DNA from: Vicugna vicugna
Taxonomy: Eukaryota
Length of the DNA stretch: 64,000 bases
Assembly: GCA_013265495.1 (NCBI GenBank)
Contig: MU058444.1
Coordinates: forward strand, 992,001-1,056,000
Reading direction: 5' to 3'
The position numbers were made by a program, and so were the translations under genes. Below the pieces are notes generated by a model. That model was given only the letters and a program-made list of their open reading frames with translations. It was not told where the DNA came from and made no database searches. The stretch's first letter is position 1; each line of letters starts with the position of its first letter. Positions 1 to 13,989 of this stretch are shown piece by piece.

Positions 1-201
1 CTGTGCTATACAGTATAAACTTGTTTACCTATTTTATATATACCAGTTAGTATCTGCAAATCTCGAATTCCCAGTTTATCCCTTCCCACCCCCTTATCCC
101 TCTGGCTACCACAAGTCTGTATTCTATGTCTGTGACTCTGTTTCTGTTTTATATATAAGTTTATTTGTCTTTTATTTTTTAGATTCCACATATGAATGAT
201 A
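1..201 (-). mobile_element. LINE-1 3' UTR fragment (continues off window start)
   Basis: Reverse complement matches the + strand copies at 9790-9980 and 12015-12190 (aaacagagtcacagacatagaa...gggataaactggga...gagatttgcagatac). Confidence 0.88.
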
Positions 202-3200
202 AATGATGTTGTCTTTTGATGTGTAATTTTAAACTGTCAAATTACATATAGGACCACAAAGACCTTTCTAGATCTGAATCCAAAGTTTCTTTTTCATTGG
301 AGTAATCTTGATAACTGTAGATTTAAAGAAAGAAAATTTTAAAAAATTATTACAGTGCCTTGTAGTATTGATGGAATTCAGGGTCCCCTCCCAGCCCCAA
401 ATCTGCCAAGTTTGTCAACTCTGGGCCACTTTCCAGTCTTAAAATCCATGGTGTTTCTCACCTCATACAGCTCTTACCTGTTTTTGCTGATTACTTTCCT
501 CCATGGAGACAGATAACCATTTAACCTTGAGTTTAAAACTCTTACCAGCACCTTCTCTGGCCAAGTCATAGCAGAATGAGATCTCAAGATTGCTGCTTCT
601 GTACAAAACAGCCCATTAAGTATAACAAAAGGGACTGTTTTAACCATTCCCTTTGACTCACTGGAAAATTTTCAAAAGGTGAGCATGTTGAAGTGAGGTC
701 TTAGGAAATGGTGCAAGTTGAACATTCAGAAAGCGTATTTACTTTAATTCATTTGCTGTGTATTTTTTTCCTATTTGTTAAAAAGTCAAATGGGCAAATA
801 TTGATTGAACAAACATTAGGATTTAAAAATTGTTCCAAGGAATATTCTGATTTCGGAAAGATAACGTATTACACGTGTTGATTTAATATCAGTTTTCATT
901 GTTTAACTTTTTGTTAACCACCAAGTAGTTTTCAAGTTCAGTTTTTCTCAGACATCGTGATAAATATATCAAGCAAGGTCGAACAAAACCCTGGGTTAAA
1001 TCCAGCCAACCTGCTGTCAAGCATCTCTTGCACATACCTTGATGTCTCTAATTCTTTCATCTTTAGCGTCTTTCATTAGGGCAGTCGAAGTGCCTGTGAT
1101 TAGTGTGGCTGTTCAAAAACATGTTTGACTTTTTTGTTCAATTCAAAACAGATTTGACCCTTCCCATGGCTCAAGAAGTATTCAGAGCCCCTTTTATTAT
1201 GCTATTTTTTCCTTCCAAAGGTGATTCTGCAAGTGACTGTAAAGGGCACGAAAGAAAATCATTGATTCCTGATTTACTTGTGTTGTCATTGTCATTATCT
1301 TGCTTTCAGTACAGATGTCTTATTTGCAGGTGCAAAAACATGTCTGGTGATTTTTCTTTAAAATTATGAGTTTAGGTGTTCATTTATATAGCTTTATGTT
1401 GTATCATTATTTTGACATGGAAACTAGCCTTCTTGCTGACAGTGTAGAAGGATACAGGATGCAAAGAAAGTCTTCCCCCCAGGACTTCTTTGCTACGGTT
1501 GCCAGCTTCTTCTCTTTTATTTCTGATATAATCTATACATATATGAATATATAGATCTGTCTCTGTCTCTCTCTTTCTATACATAAGAGGGACAGACATA
1601 GTAATAAATAGATACATAGATACATACATAAGCTGCATGAATATATTTATCCCTCCTTTTTTTCCTACATTAAGTATCATAGCACATGTACTTAGACACT
1701 TTTCCCCTCTTCACTTTTTTTTTACATAGTATTATACCTTAAAAAGCTTAAGTTAAAAAAATTAATGTATAAATTAGCATTATTGCAAGACGGGTAGTTT
1801 CACAAAATGTTTGCTTTGTTTCAGGTTTCTCCTTTAAGATACCAAGTTTTATGTGCATTTGAACTTCACAACAGTGAGACCAGTATTTCAAATATCCATT
1901 TCAGTATGTCCTTGCCTTTCTAAATTTACTGCTGATTTTTCCAACCGTCTATTCATTGTGGTTTGATGAGTGCTTCCATCTTCTTATTACGCACCTGGGT
2001 GGCCTCTGGAAAAACACCATGGCTGTAACAACACCTCAGGAGCTTTTTTGAATATCCCTCGTGATTTTTGTGTGTTTCCATTTACTTCAAATCTATAACT
2101 GAATTTCCTAATTTAAACCACCTATTTTCAGCTGAAAATATAATTTTAAGTAACTTTGCCTAAAATTGAAATACTAAATAATACTAAAAAAAAAGATCAA
2201 TGTTCACACTTGAATTATTATCAAAAATTAATGTTGACGCGAGGTGAAGCTATTGCATTTTTAAAAATATGATGTGAGCAAAATTGCGCGTGAAATCAAA
2301 CGTCTTTATGGGAGTTTTATTCTGAAGGCACCAGTTTTTAAAAATTGCCTCATAAGGTGATGAACTTATTTTTCAAAAAAAAAAAAAAAAAGCAAAACAA
2401 AAGAAAGTAACCAGCTAGCTACGTGCGCTCCAAGGACTCCCTTGCACAGTTGCAAACCCCCCCTTTTCTGCTCTGATGACCTCACATTTTCTCTGCTCTT
2501 TGGTACTATTAACAGTCCGCCCCTCTCAGAAGAGACCCTTCTCACTCTGACTTGACTTCTGCTCAAACGACAGTGTCTCCATCAAGCTCCAGGAAGTTGG
2601 ATTACCCAACACTTAGAATCCCGCCCACTTTTTTCCCCTTCTTTTCCTCCTCTTCCTCTTTCTTCCTTCTCTTCCACCTGCTCCTCCCCCTCTCTCTTCT
2701 TCTCTCTCTCTCTTCTTTTATATCTGCCCTTAAACATATTTTAACCACTTTTTCAATTAGACCTGGACATCTGGTTCCCAATGATTATAACAAAAACCAG
2801 TAATTATTCTGAATGGCACTATAAAGAGGAAAAAAATCAACTCTTATTCCAGTGGCGCTGATGCAGAAGGTCAGAATAATGAAAGGTACTAATGGTCTAA
2901 ATGGCGGCGTTCTGAGTGACGAGGTTGGTTCACAAACCTCTCAGAACTATAATTATGTAGGAAAAGGAAAGTGTGAAAAAGTCACAGGCCACAGAGAGCA
3001 GACGCCCATCATCGCTAAATGGGTTTTCCTCGCTCTCGAGACACGGGCTCACGGATATTTTAACATCTGACAGCAGAGATCAGCACACCACATCTGTAAC
3101 TGCATGTAAAGGACAGATAGAATCAAGGGAAAAACTATGTCTACAGTATGATACCAGCTGATCAAATCACAGTTGCATTAAATGTTTCGAGATAAGCCAA

Positions 3201-4140
3201 GTCTCGATAATTATTTGAACTTGGACCCTGTTCCATGAGGTCTGGAATGTGGACTCATAGCATAAAAGTGTCAAAGTTGATAAACCAACAGAAAGTAAGT
3301 CTGAGTGATACCAATAATATATTTAAGTACAAATTTGTGACCTCTTAAAGCGCTAGGGTACATGGCTGTAATTGATGCTTATCACAGTTTTAAGAAATTA
3401 AACACGGAAGTGTCACGATAGCCACTTTTTTCACAAGATAACATACATGCTCAAAGAGGTCAATCAAACAGATCTAAGTTGGTGAACCAGGGATGAGAAC
3501 AGGGTGTTCTAAATCTCAGATAAGCGCTCTATTTAATGATAGAGCTATTGAATTTGTCACAACCATTCTCCACACACTCTCTATCCACAGGGGTTCATTT
3601 CCTTGTTCCTCCATGTGGAAACATGAGTTTCTGTTTGAGATTTAAGCCACCATGTGACGCTCTGTGACTTGTGTCTGCTCTCAGGATAAAAGCCCCAAGA
3701 GGAAAGAAAATGGAAAACTCACTCTCTTGTCAGTTGTGCCTCCAAACTTTGACTCCCCACCACAATTTGCCTGTTTTATTTACTTTTTGGAATACCTAGG
3801 TAGTAGATGCTTCGATTTTTTTGTTTGTTCATTTCCTCAGTTTTTAAATTGTTATATTTTCTAAGTTTTTTGAATTGTAATAAACAGGAGGGGTAGGGTG
3901 TAGTGGGTTTATACCACTACAGCTACTAGAATTCCCTATGTTCAATTTCATAGAATAACGGCATCATAAGAGATTTGTAAGCATCCAAAAAAGACATGGT
4001 AGGTGCAAATGTCCCACACACCACGCTTCCAAACACAAAGCTTCTCTTGAACATCTGACACTCTTGACATCGCGCTCTTTAAAGTTTTGATTTCTCATGG
4101 TTCTCTCCAACAACTCTGAACTTTGATTTTTTCAATTTGA

Positions 4141-5354
4141 TTTTATTTATTTATTTTTTATTGAAGTATAATTGATTTACCATGTCGTGTTATTTCCTGG
4201 TGTACAGCATAGTGATTCTATTATACATATTTATGTATATTCTTTCTCATATTCTTTTTCATTATTAGTTATTACATGATATTGAATATAGTTCCCTGTG
4301 CTAGACAGCAGGACCTTGTTGTTTATCTGTTTTGTATAGTAGCTTGTATCTGCCAATCCCAAACTCTTAATTCATTCCTCCCTTCCTCTTTCCTCTTTGA
4401 TAATCGTTAAGTTCGTTTTCTATGTCTGTGAGTCTGTTTCTGTTTTGTAAATATGTTCATTTGTGTCATTTTTTTACGATCCTTCCTGTAAGTGGCGTCA
4501 TATGGTATATGTCTTCCTCTGTCTGACTTGACTCACTTAGTATAATAATCTGTAAGTCCATCCATGTTATTGCAAAGGGCATTCTTTCATTCTTTTTTAT
4601 GGTTGAGTAGTATTTCATTACACACATACTTCATTACACACATACTTCATTACACACACACACATCAACTTCTTTATCTAATCATCTTTTGATGGACATT
4701 TAGGTTACTTCCATGTCCTGGCTATTGTAAATAGTGCTGCCATGAACATTGAGGTGCATGTATCTTTTCAAATTAGAGTTTTCTCTGAATATACATCCAG
4801 GAGTGGGATTGCTGGATCAGATAGTAACTCAATTTTCAGTTTTTTTTAAAGACATCTTTGTACCGTTTTCCATAATGTCTGCACCAATTTACTTTCCCAT
4901 CAACAGTGTAAGACGGTTCCCTTTTCTCCACACCCTCTCCAGCATTTATCATTTGTGGACTTTTCAATGATGGCCATTCTGACCTGTGTGAGGTGATACC
5001 TCTTTGCAGTTTTGATTTCTCCAATAATTAGTGATTTTGAGCATCTTTTCATGTGTCTGTTGGTCATCTGCATGTCTTCATAATGAAGAAATGTCTATTT
5101 AGGTCTTCTGCCCATTATTTTTGATTGGGCTGTTTGGGTTTTGTTCTTTTTTGTTATTGAGCTGTATGAGCTGTTTTTATATTCTGGAAATTAAGCCCTT
5201 GTCAGCATCATTTGCAAAAATTTTCTCCCATTTCATAGGTTGTTTTTTTTTCATTTGTTTACAGTTTCCTTTGCTGTGCAAAAACTTCTAAGTTTAATGA
5301 GGTCCCATTTGTTTTTCTTTCTGTTGCCTTGGGAGACTGACCTAGGAAAACAAT
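4141..5354 (-). mobile_element. 5'-truncated LINE-1 (decayed ORF2 C-terminus + 3' UTR)
   Basis: T-rich tail at left; diagnostic L1 antisense text (gatggacatttaggttacttccatgtcctggctattgtaaatagtgctgc; ccacaccctctccagcattt). ORF 4836-5024 is an L1-derived remnant. Confidence 0.93.
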
Positions 5355-5399
5355 ATTTTGTTTTGTTTGTATTTTGACCATCTCTTTCTCTGCCTAACC

Positions 5400-6930
5400 A
5401 TTAAAATCCACATTCCCTATAAACCATCTTGGCCCCTCTGATCTGTGGATGCTAATGATGCAATTTCATTAACTCTCCTACTTTTGACAACTTCTAAATA
5501 CCTCTTAACCGCTCAAATTACAGCCTACGTTTTCTCACTCAGGTGTTAAGTGGTTGACTAATGAACCCCTTGATTTGCTCATGCTCCGTCAACATGTCCG
5601 AAGTGGAAACTCCTCCCTACATGTGCCACTGTCTGTGAATGGGCCGAGATCTGCTTAGTCTTCAGAGCTAGGAGCTGGCAAGTCATGCTGTAGTCTCTTC
5701 CTTTGCTGACAAATGCAGGATCATTTCTCCCTATTCTAATGATCCTTTCTCTCAGCACCTTGTCCAGACAGGTGCAACAGCCACATATCAGGTTTTCCTC
5801 ATTCCAGTCTTTTTGACGCTTAAATTCATCTTCTAAGCTCCGGCCAGCGTGTTCCATCTAAAGTACAAATCTGGCCGTGTGTCTTCTTGGCCAAAATTCT
5901 TCAGTTGTCCCGCTCCTCCTGCCCGATGGCATTCCGGCTCCCATGCGGGTTGCCTTTGAGAGCAAGTTCACTCTGACTGTGGCTCATTAATCTACTTACC
6001 CTCCCCTCTTCCTGGTCCTTTTCTCTCACTTTGTATTTTAGTAACACCAACCCACGAGTATTTCCCTAGAAACCACCGTGGAGGTTTCATGCCACCGTGT
6101 CACCATTCCATTAACACTAATGCTTCAAAACCCATTTTAAGTGTCAGCGGAGTTAGACTCAAGTGAGAGTTAATCCCTTACCTTGTCCATCAATACTCCT
6201 TAAAACGATTTTTTTTATTGAAGTGTAGCTGATTTACAACGTTGTGTTCATTTCTGGTGCACAGCACAGTGATTCAGTCATGTGTGTCTATATCCTGTTC
6301 GTTTTCTTTCACAAGGTACTGGATACAGTTCCCTCACCTTGTCTACACTACACTCACCTTCACTGATGCCGGAGCACTGACCTATGCCCGGTGACTTAAC
6401 AATTTTCATCTCTAGCCCAAGACCTTCCTCTGGCTTTTGGATCTCTGTACCTAGCTTCCTATTTGAGCTCTTTACTTGCAGATCTCAAAGGCAGCAGAAA
6501 TCCAGTATGGCTAACACGTGATCTGCAGCCTTTGCTCCCAATGCTGATCCTGTTCCAGTGTTGCAGTGCGGTCAGTGTCACCACCATGTAGCCACCTGTA
6601 CCAGCAGGAAACCTGGAAATCTTCTTTTTATTTTTTTATTGTCCATTATTCCTAAGAAGCATCCCAGCACCAGATTCTGTAACTCTTATCTCCAATGGGT
6701 TTCTGGGTTCATTTCTATTTTTTTCAAAGCCATCACCATATGCCACCTGGGCTGTGGGTCTTTTTCATCCATTCTCTCTTTTCTGTGCGTTTCCCATGCT
6801 GCAGCTGGAATGATATTTTGAAAGTGACAATCTAATGGCATCAATTGCCTGTTACAATATTTTGATGACATATCATTTTCCTTAGGGTAAGGACTAACGT
6901 TCTTAACAGGCCCCTAGAACGTGGCCTTGA
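5400..6930. mobile_element. Decayed LINE-2 fragments (interrupted by short L1 tail)
   Basis: L2-like motifs (atctctagcccaagaccttcctc, gaaacctggaaatc, aaagccatcaccatatgccacctgg). Confidence 0.5.
6208..6334 (-). mobile_element. Short LINE-1 3' terminal fragment
   Basis: ttttttattgaagtgtagctgatttacaacgttgtgtt...acagtgattcagtc, homologous to 4155-4300. Confidence 0.8.
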
Positions 6931-7380
6931 AATCCAGCCTCATCTTTGAAGATGCAATGTTCCCTCAGATCCCAGGGTTTTTCAGTTTATGCTGTGTGAT
7001 CTTTTTTTTCTTTGCTTTATTTGTCTTTAACCCCCACCCCACCATCACAATACACATATACACAGAAGCAACATATAAATACTATTCTTTTTTGAAAAAT
7101 AGTATCCATTCCATCAGTATGCTGTAAGAAAGACTTGAGTTAAGGATCTGGTATAGGGAAAGTACGGGCACTCTTTGTACTATAGTAAGTTTTCATCTTT
7201 GTCTGCCTCCACAGGCGTTATGAACTACTTTTAATTCTTCTTATCCAATTAATGAGTATTCATTTCACAAAACTTGGAAAACCTTGTCAAGAGAAAAGAA
7301 AAAAAGTTAAAGTCACCTGGAATCTTTCCATCCAGAAGAATCCCTTGGACATTTGTAGGTTTTAAAATATATTCTTCTTT

Positions 7381-7460
7381 AAAAAATATATCAAAAAATA
7401 AATAAATAAATAAAATAAATAAAATAAAATACCCGTGAAAATGGAAAAAAAAATATATCA
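7381..7460 (+). mobile_element. Ultra-short A-rich retro-insertion flanked by 13-bp direct repeats
   Basis: AAAAAATATATCA at 7381-7393 and 7448-7460; left copy is preceded by TTT (TT/AAAA L1 endonuclease-type site). Confidence 0.6.
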
Positions 7461-9560
7461 GGTCAATTATTTGCTCAAAGACAGCATCTCTGACTTGGAC
7501 AAATCTTCATGTACAAAAGGAATGTCCTTGAGATTTGTGAATAATTACCATCAGGAGTTTACAAATTCTAGACACCAAAGGAGGAACTAGAAAGGACCAG
7601 TACTAGCTCAATTTCAAAATAAAATACGTTTCCAAGTGATGAGTCTACACTGAGGATTCGAGAAGAATGAGGTTGACTTGCAAAATCTAGCACCGTGCAA
7701 TCAATCAACAAGGTTTAAGGGATGGCTTCAAATATATCTAATGGCACGTCAGCATTTCCTGCCATTAAAAATCTCTGCTTTGATGATGTCAAGAAATCCA
7801 CACTTCTAAGGGCAGACCGTGAGCGATTTTACATACGTTATTAGTGATAATAGATGCTGTAATTCACCTTCTACAAGACTCTTGACTTCAGAATTTTCCC
7901 TGTTGTGGGAATGTAGGTGGGTTGTGCAGAGAAGTGTTAATGTAATTTATTTTAAACATTCAGATTCCAGATGTTTCTCAGAAGGTTGAAAGACAATTTA
8001 ATTTATTGGAAATAAGTTTTAGACTCCTTCAAAAATGATTACAAGTTAACATTCTCGTGCAAGAATTAAAATCTTTACAGCTTCCCAAGCCAATTTAATT
8101 ACTTACATGGTTTTAAAGATTATAGCTATTAAATACTAATTTCACAATTTATACTAAATGGTAACATTGAATTGACTCATTAAGAGAATTAACACTTAGG
8201 TCACTTTATTTATAATTTCAACAAGCCAAAAAAAAAAAAAAGGAGGAAATGTTCTTAGGGTGAAATATAAATTTGAAAAGAGTCTTGGTACAAAACTTCT
8301 TTGGGGTAAGAAAATTAACATGCTCTGGAGGTGCTGAGAGTAGAATTAATCTCACAGTGGCAGCGTAATATGAGATCACTTGTTAAAAAATAAAATCTCT
8401 TATTCACTCAAGCAGTTATATTTATTCTATAAACGTTTGCTGAGGATGCAAAGAGAAGTGAGGCATTCGTGCTTCCAAGGAGAGTCAGTGAAATAGGAAA
8501 GGAAGTCATTACGAAACAGTGTGGCAAATGTAACCACCAACCCAACTATGATGAGTTTGGGGAGCAAAAAGAATAATAATGTGACCTTAAATCTACACGC
8601 TCACCCAGCTTTTTCTGTAGACTCAATAAATGATGTAACTTGCACATGTATTTGTGGCTATTTTTAAGCATATGTAAGTGTCTCTTTAATAAAATTAACA
8701 ACCACTGATAGCATTTTATTTCATAATAATTTTGAGTAAACATATACAGAAGCCGAGGACTGCCATCAGGATGAGTCTTTTTAGTAAATAAATGATATAT
8801 ATGTACATATAACACAGACACACAAATATTCTTGCTGTACTTAATAATGAATACTCATAAAACATATTGGAAATGCATTATTTTGTCTCCTGAACTCTTT
8901 ACAATACACATATTTTAAGTGAGAATGAGTAACTTAGGAGAAGCGTGTAGGTTTTATCCCTGATCAACTGCTGAAGACTATCAAAAGTGCGATGAAATCC
9001 TACAGATGTCTGGACTGATTGAGAAACAATGTAGTAGTTGATTTTCCATGTGTGGTAGGCACAGGAAAGGGGATTATTAAGTCACCGTGCATCCCTGGAG
9101 TGGGTGAATCACAGAGTTGTCGCCTGAAGAGCATCAAGAACAAGGAAGCACATTAGAATTAAATGTTGCTGGGGACATTAGGTGTGAATGGTCGTTCAAA
9201 GCTGAGACGCTCCAGTAGGACGCCCCTTACAGCCTGGGGTCAGCCCTCACCTGTGAGCAAAGGAAGGAGATGGTCAAGGGGCAGAGGAAGGGAGCCCAGC
9301 TGTGGACCAACTCTTTCACTTCTCATTTATGAGAAGATCATGAGAATGAACAAACAGAAGAGCATTTGGTGCTGCATTGCTTTATGAGTGGGTACAATTG
9401 ATTTTGGTGAGTCATCCTTTAGGCGGGAAAACCAGCTTTTTACCTAGCCGCCACAGATCCATAATGACCACTGCTTTTCAGCTGCAGGAGACTTTTGGAC
9501 AACAATAGGGTCAAAGAAACCTGTTGTGCAGTTCCGTTCAAACAACTCTTTACAAACTGG

Positions 9561-10150
9561 CATGACGATCTCCAGGTGCATCCACGTTGCTGCAAATGGC
9601 ATTACTGTATTCTTTTTATGGCTGAGTGGTATTCCATTGTATAAATATATCACAACTTCTTTACTGAGTCATCTGTTGATGGACATGTAGGTTGCTTCCA
9701 TGTCTTGGCTATTGTAAATAGTCCTGCATCACACTTTGTGAAGTGAGCCAGAAAGAGAAAAACAAATACCATATGAGAGTACTCATACGTGGAATCTAAA
9801 AAAAGGACGCAAATGAACTTATTTTCAAAACAGAGACAAAATCACCGACACAGAAAACAAACATGGTTAGAAGAGGGGAAAGGGGGTGGGGAGGGATAAA
9901 TTGTGACTTCAAGATTTGCAGGTATACTAACTACTATATATAAAATAGATAAACAACAAGGCCCTACTGTATAGCACAGGGAAATATAGTCCATATCTTA
10001 TAATAACCTATAATGAAAAATAATATGAAAAGGAATATATATATGTGTGTATATGTGTAACTGAATCACTGTGCTGTACACCAGAAATTAACACAACATT
10101 GTAAATCAACTATACTTCAATTTTAAAAAATCTACACTCTAACGAAAAAA
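9561..10150 (+). mobile_element. LINE-1 3' end with 5' inversion
   Basis: 9561-~9728 is antisense L1 ORF2 end; ~9738-10130 is the sense continuation through the 3' UTR to an A-rich tail. Confidence 0.88.
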
Positions 10151-10473
10151 GCTGTCATGAATGACAGTCACAGAATAAGAGCCTTGAAATGCTGAGCTCC
10201 ATTGAGCAAGAGAAGTCTTAGCTTGGCAGAATAGCAATCTAGATACAATCACTGATAGAGACAACCTATTCATGCTGAATATAAAATTAAATTAACAGCC
10301 GTAGGTTAAATGGTAGGACTTATTTTTAGAGTAAATTCTCTCCTTCAGCATGACCTATCAAACTTGACATTTCCAGTCTCTTTGCTCCCACCTTTGCAGT
10401 CCCTTCCCTCATGCATTTTTATGCATGCAACATTGAAGCCAGCAGGCATATTCTTCCCACTTGCTTTCCTTCC

Positions 10474-10520
10474 GTGTGTGTCTGTGTGTGTGTGTGATTG
10501 TACACACACATACACACTCA
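10474..10520. repeat. (GT)n...(AC)n inverted microsatellite
   Basis: gtgtgtgtctgtgtgtgtgtgtgattgtacacacacatacacactcac. Confidence 0.8.
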
Positions 10521-12009
10521 CTCTGGAGGCTTGTATAAAATTCAGAAAGGAGGAGGGCATCAAGTCAGAAATAACAAATGTCCAAAGTAAAAATGTGATA
10601 TTCATTTCAGAGCGTTCTTCAGGTCGTGCATAGTGACCTGAAAGTCAGGAATTTCTTACTGGATCTGAATTCACTACTAACATCCATTTTCATGTTAGTA
10701 GACATATTTATTGGTGAAGAATCATTGTAGCTTCTAAGAAGGAAAAGACAGATGTACATATCTCTACACTTATTTCTATATCACAAATGCCCCATTATGT
10801 ACATATATTAAACATGGATATGACCAGTGTGTGCCTAGTCAACCAACTGATGTATGCCTATGTAAGGCAGGGCTCTGCTCTGCTTTTATGTTTATATGGG
10901 GCTTATCACATTAGGAATAAAACTACCACTTGGCTAGTTTTCATGGTAGAAGTGGAACTCAAATGGCTCTTTTCTGAAATCTATATCCTTGGAGGGGAAA
11001 ATATTTCCTGTTCCCTTAATACCTAGTTTACTGGGCATTCCACATTGTGCAGAAAGACATGGAAAGGAGCGTTTTAGTTCTCTGATGTGCAAAGCTGGTG
11101 AAAGTAGGAAACCACATGACAAATTTGAAACAGCTGAATGTCGTGGAATTGAACCTGAGTCTAGAATACGTCATTCTAAGAAATCTTGAATGTAATTAGC
11201 AGAGCCTCAGTATGATTATCATAATGGGTTAAAACCAACCAATCAACAAACACACATGGCATCCTCTTCACTCCCACGCTCTGCTTTTGGTCTTCTTGTC
11301 TACTTTTTCTACAGGAATGGAAGGTAGGTGATTGGGAAGAGAAGTTCCCTTAATTGGGAAATCACAGTTTCAAAAGAATCAAAAATATGTCACTACATGT
11401 ATGAACATAAATTGCAGAGTGACAACTTACACTGTGCAGTTTGATTTTCATAGTCATTCTCTCAAGTAGATAGGAAATATTTTACCTTCCCTATTTGAGA
11501 AAGGTAGAATATGAAACATAACAAATTTAAGTGACTAACCCAAGTTGGCAAAGCTATTAAATTGGATGTTATCCAGACTTTCTCAATCCAATACCTATGC
11601 TCCTTTGACTACAAACTTAGAAATTTTAATTAGGATACCTCAGGAGCTTGATCACCAAACCCCTTTTGCACTCTTGCTTACATGGCTCACCTGGCTTGGT
11701 GGGGTGTCCCACTCCACTTGGAGACCCTGGCTGATGATGTAGCTCTATTTTGAATCTATGCCTTCTGGACCACAATGTCTCCTTAGTTGATGAGGCAGAG
11801 GAATAGAGCACTGAAGGGTCACATACCAGCAATTAAATACTTTATCATTTCTTCTCACAAACCGTTGTCCAGATATAGTCACCTGGTGGGATGTTTCAGC
11901 CTTCTGCGAGTCCAGAAGGGGAGGAGAATTGATCGTAAGTACTTCTGCCATGGTGATGTTGGGTGAACAATGTTCACAGGAATACAAATGAGCATTAAAA
12001 ATCATTTAG

Positions 12010-12340
12010 AAAAGACAAATGAACTTATTTACAAAACAGAAACAGACTCACAGACATAGAAAGGAAACTAATGGTTACCAGGAGGGGAAGAGGGTGGGAA
12101 GGGATAAACTTGAAAGTTGAGATTTTCAGATACAAATTAATATATATAAAATAGATAAACAATGAATTCATACTATATAGCACAGAGAACTCTATTCAAC
12201 GTCTTGTAGTAACCTGTGGTGAAAAAGAATATGAAAATGAATATATGCATGTTCATGTGTACAGCATTGTGCTATATACCAGAAATTGACACAACATTGT
12301 AAACTAACTATACTTCGATAGAAATATATGTATATATATA
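12010..12340 (+). mobile_element. LINE-1 3' UTR fragment
   Basis: aatgaacttatttacaaaacagaaacagactcacagacataga...ccagaaattgacacaacattgtaaactaactatacttc. Confidence 0.9.
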
Positions 12341-13989
12341 AAATTGTTATGAAATAAGTTCCCATACCTAGGCTTTCTGCAATTAATTTATGTTTCTACA
12401 AATGACAGAATCAAGGCATAAAGTACACTTAAATTAAACCCAAACACATCATGTACGCCAGCCACATTTAACATGCCAACCGCCTGAAGACAGCCAGCTC
12501 AAACCTTCTGTACACTGTGTGCAAACAACTGTCTTTATTGTCCTGAGATTACTGACAATCCTTGTTTAGAAACTGAGGTTTTAGATGGATCCAACTCAAT
12601 GTCCATAAGAGAGAAAGAAAAAATATAACAGCAAGTTTGCTTATTAATTATTTTTTCCTGATAGCAAGGCATTAAAAATTCCCAAGATCTACTGTATTAT
12701 TTCAGGTAGACAGAGCTATGCTTTTTTTTTTTTCTTTTTTGCAGCTAGAAGTATCAGGCAATCACAAGGAAGGGTCATCATTCAGTATTGCTCCGGACTC
12801 AGGAAGCTTGAGAGAGAAGCTAAGTAAATGACCAGAGTAATTTTATGTCTTAGAAATCAAAGAAACAGCATGATTTAATGGGAAAAAAAAGATGGACTGC
12901 AAAGTCAAATGTCCTCACTTTGATTCTTGATTATGCCATTCATTGAGCCTCGCACTGGTTGAATGTAAAGTATAAATATTACACCTGCCTTACTGGGTAA
13001 TTGCGAGGAACCAATGGGATACTTTTTTTTATGAAACACAATCTAGACTGTCAAGCACCAAAATAAAACTTAGCTGTTATTGCAAATTTGAAAGTCCAAA
13101 TTCTATGAAACATAAGAACCAGCGTCTGGCCATTAAAAAAATATGGCCTAAGGAACTTTCTGTTTTCTTGCAGAGTTTCTTCCTTTCCTGGTTCTTATTG
13201 CTCATATTCTAAACATGGTGTACTCTGCTCTTTCTTCCTCTTTGCAGGTTCAAGAAACTTGGAGTTCACTTTATGGTTGAGAAGAATGCTCACTTTTATA
13301 ATTATTTATCTAAATCTATTTTATATGGTCAGTGAAAAAGTCATTTGTAGTGGGAAAAAAGGAAAGAACAAATAAACAAAGAAGTTCTAAGTGTTCAAGT
13401 ATGCTGGAAAGATGAAACACTTAAAGATTTTTTTTTCTTCCCTGAAACATTTGCCTATAAAGATGCTCCATAGGATCAATATAATGAGACAATCTAGTTC
13501 GAGACAGATGTAGTTTGCATATTTGTCTCCGGCAAGTAATGTGAGCTCCTTTAAACAAATGTGTGTGTGTGAGAGTCTGTAATTCAAACCAATCAAATCA
13601 ATGAACAAATAAATCAAATAAATGAAGAAAGGTATAATTCATTAAAATCAAATCTCTCCTGGACGAAGTATTTGGCCAGTGATGCAAAGCAATGGACCTA
13701 CGCTTTCATTGTGCTAGTATGTTAGTTCAAGCTACTGGACTGAGAAAAAAATGTGTTTTCTGGTTATAAACACTGCTATTTAGGAACTAATTCCTTCTGA
13801 AATAGAATCCTTATCTTTAACTTTTTTCTAGAGCAAAAATTTTTAAATGCGTCATTTTCCTGGAAAGAAAGTGCTTACAAAACAAGTTGTTACTCACATC
13901 TCCAGCACATGTGTGAGTATTTCCATATGGACAGCCTAACGTGGGCAAAAAACCAACCTTGACTGTATCTCTCCCCTCTCAACTGGATT

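Noticed and set aside
4614..4665. 16-bp tandem repeat (TTCATTACACACATAC x~3)
   Set aside because: Ordinary slippage at the microsatellite-prone position within an L1 copy.
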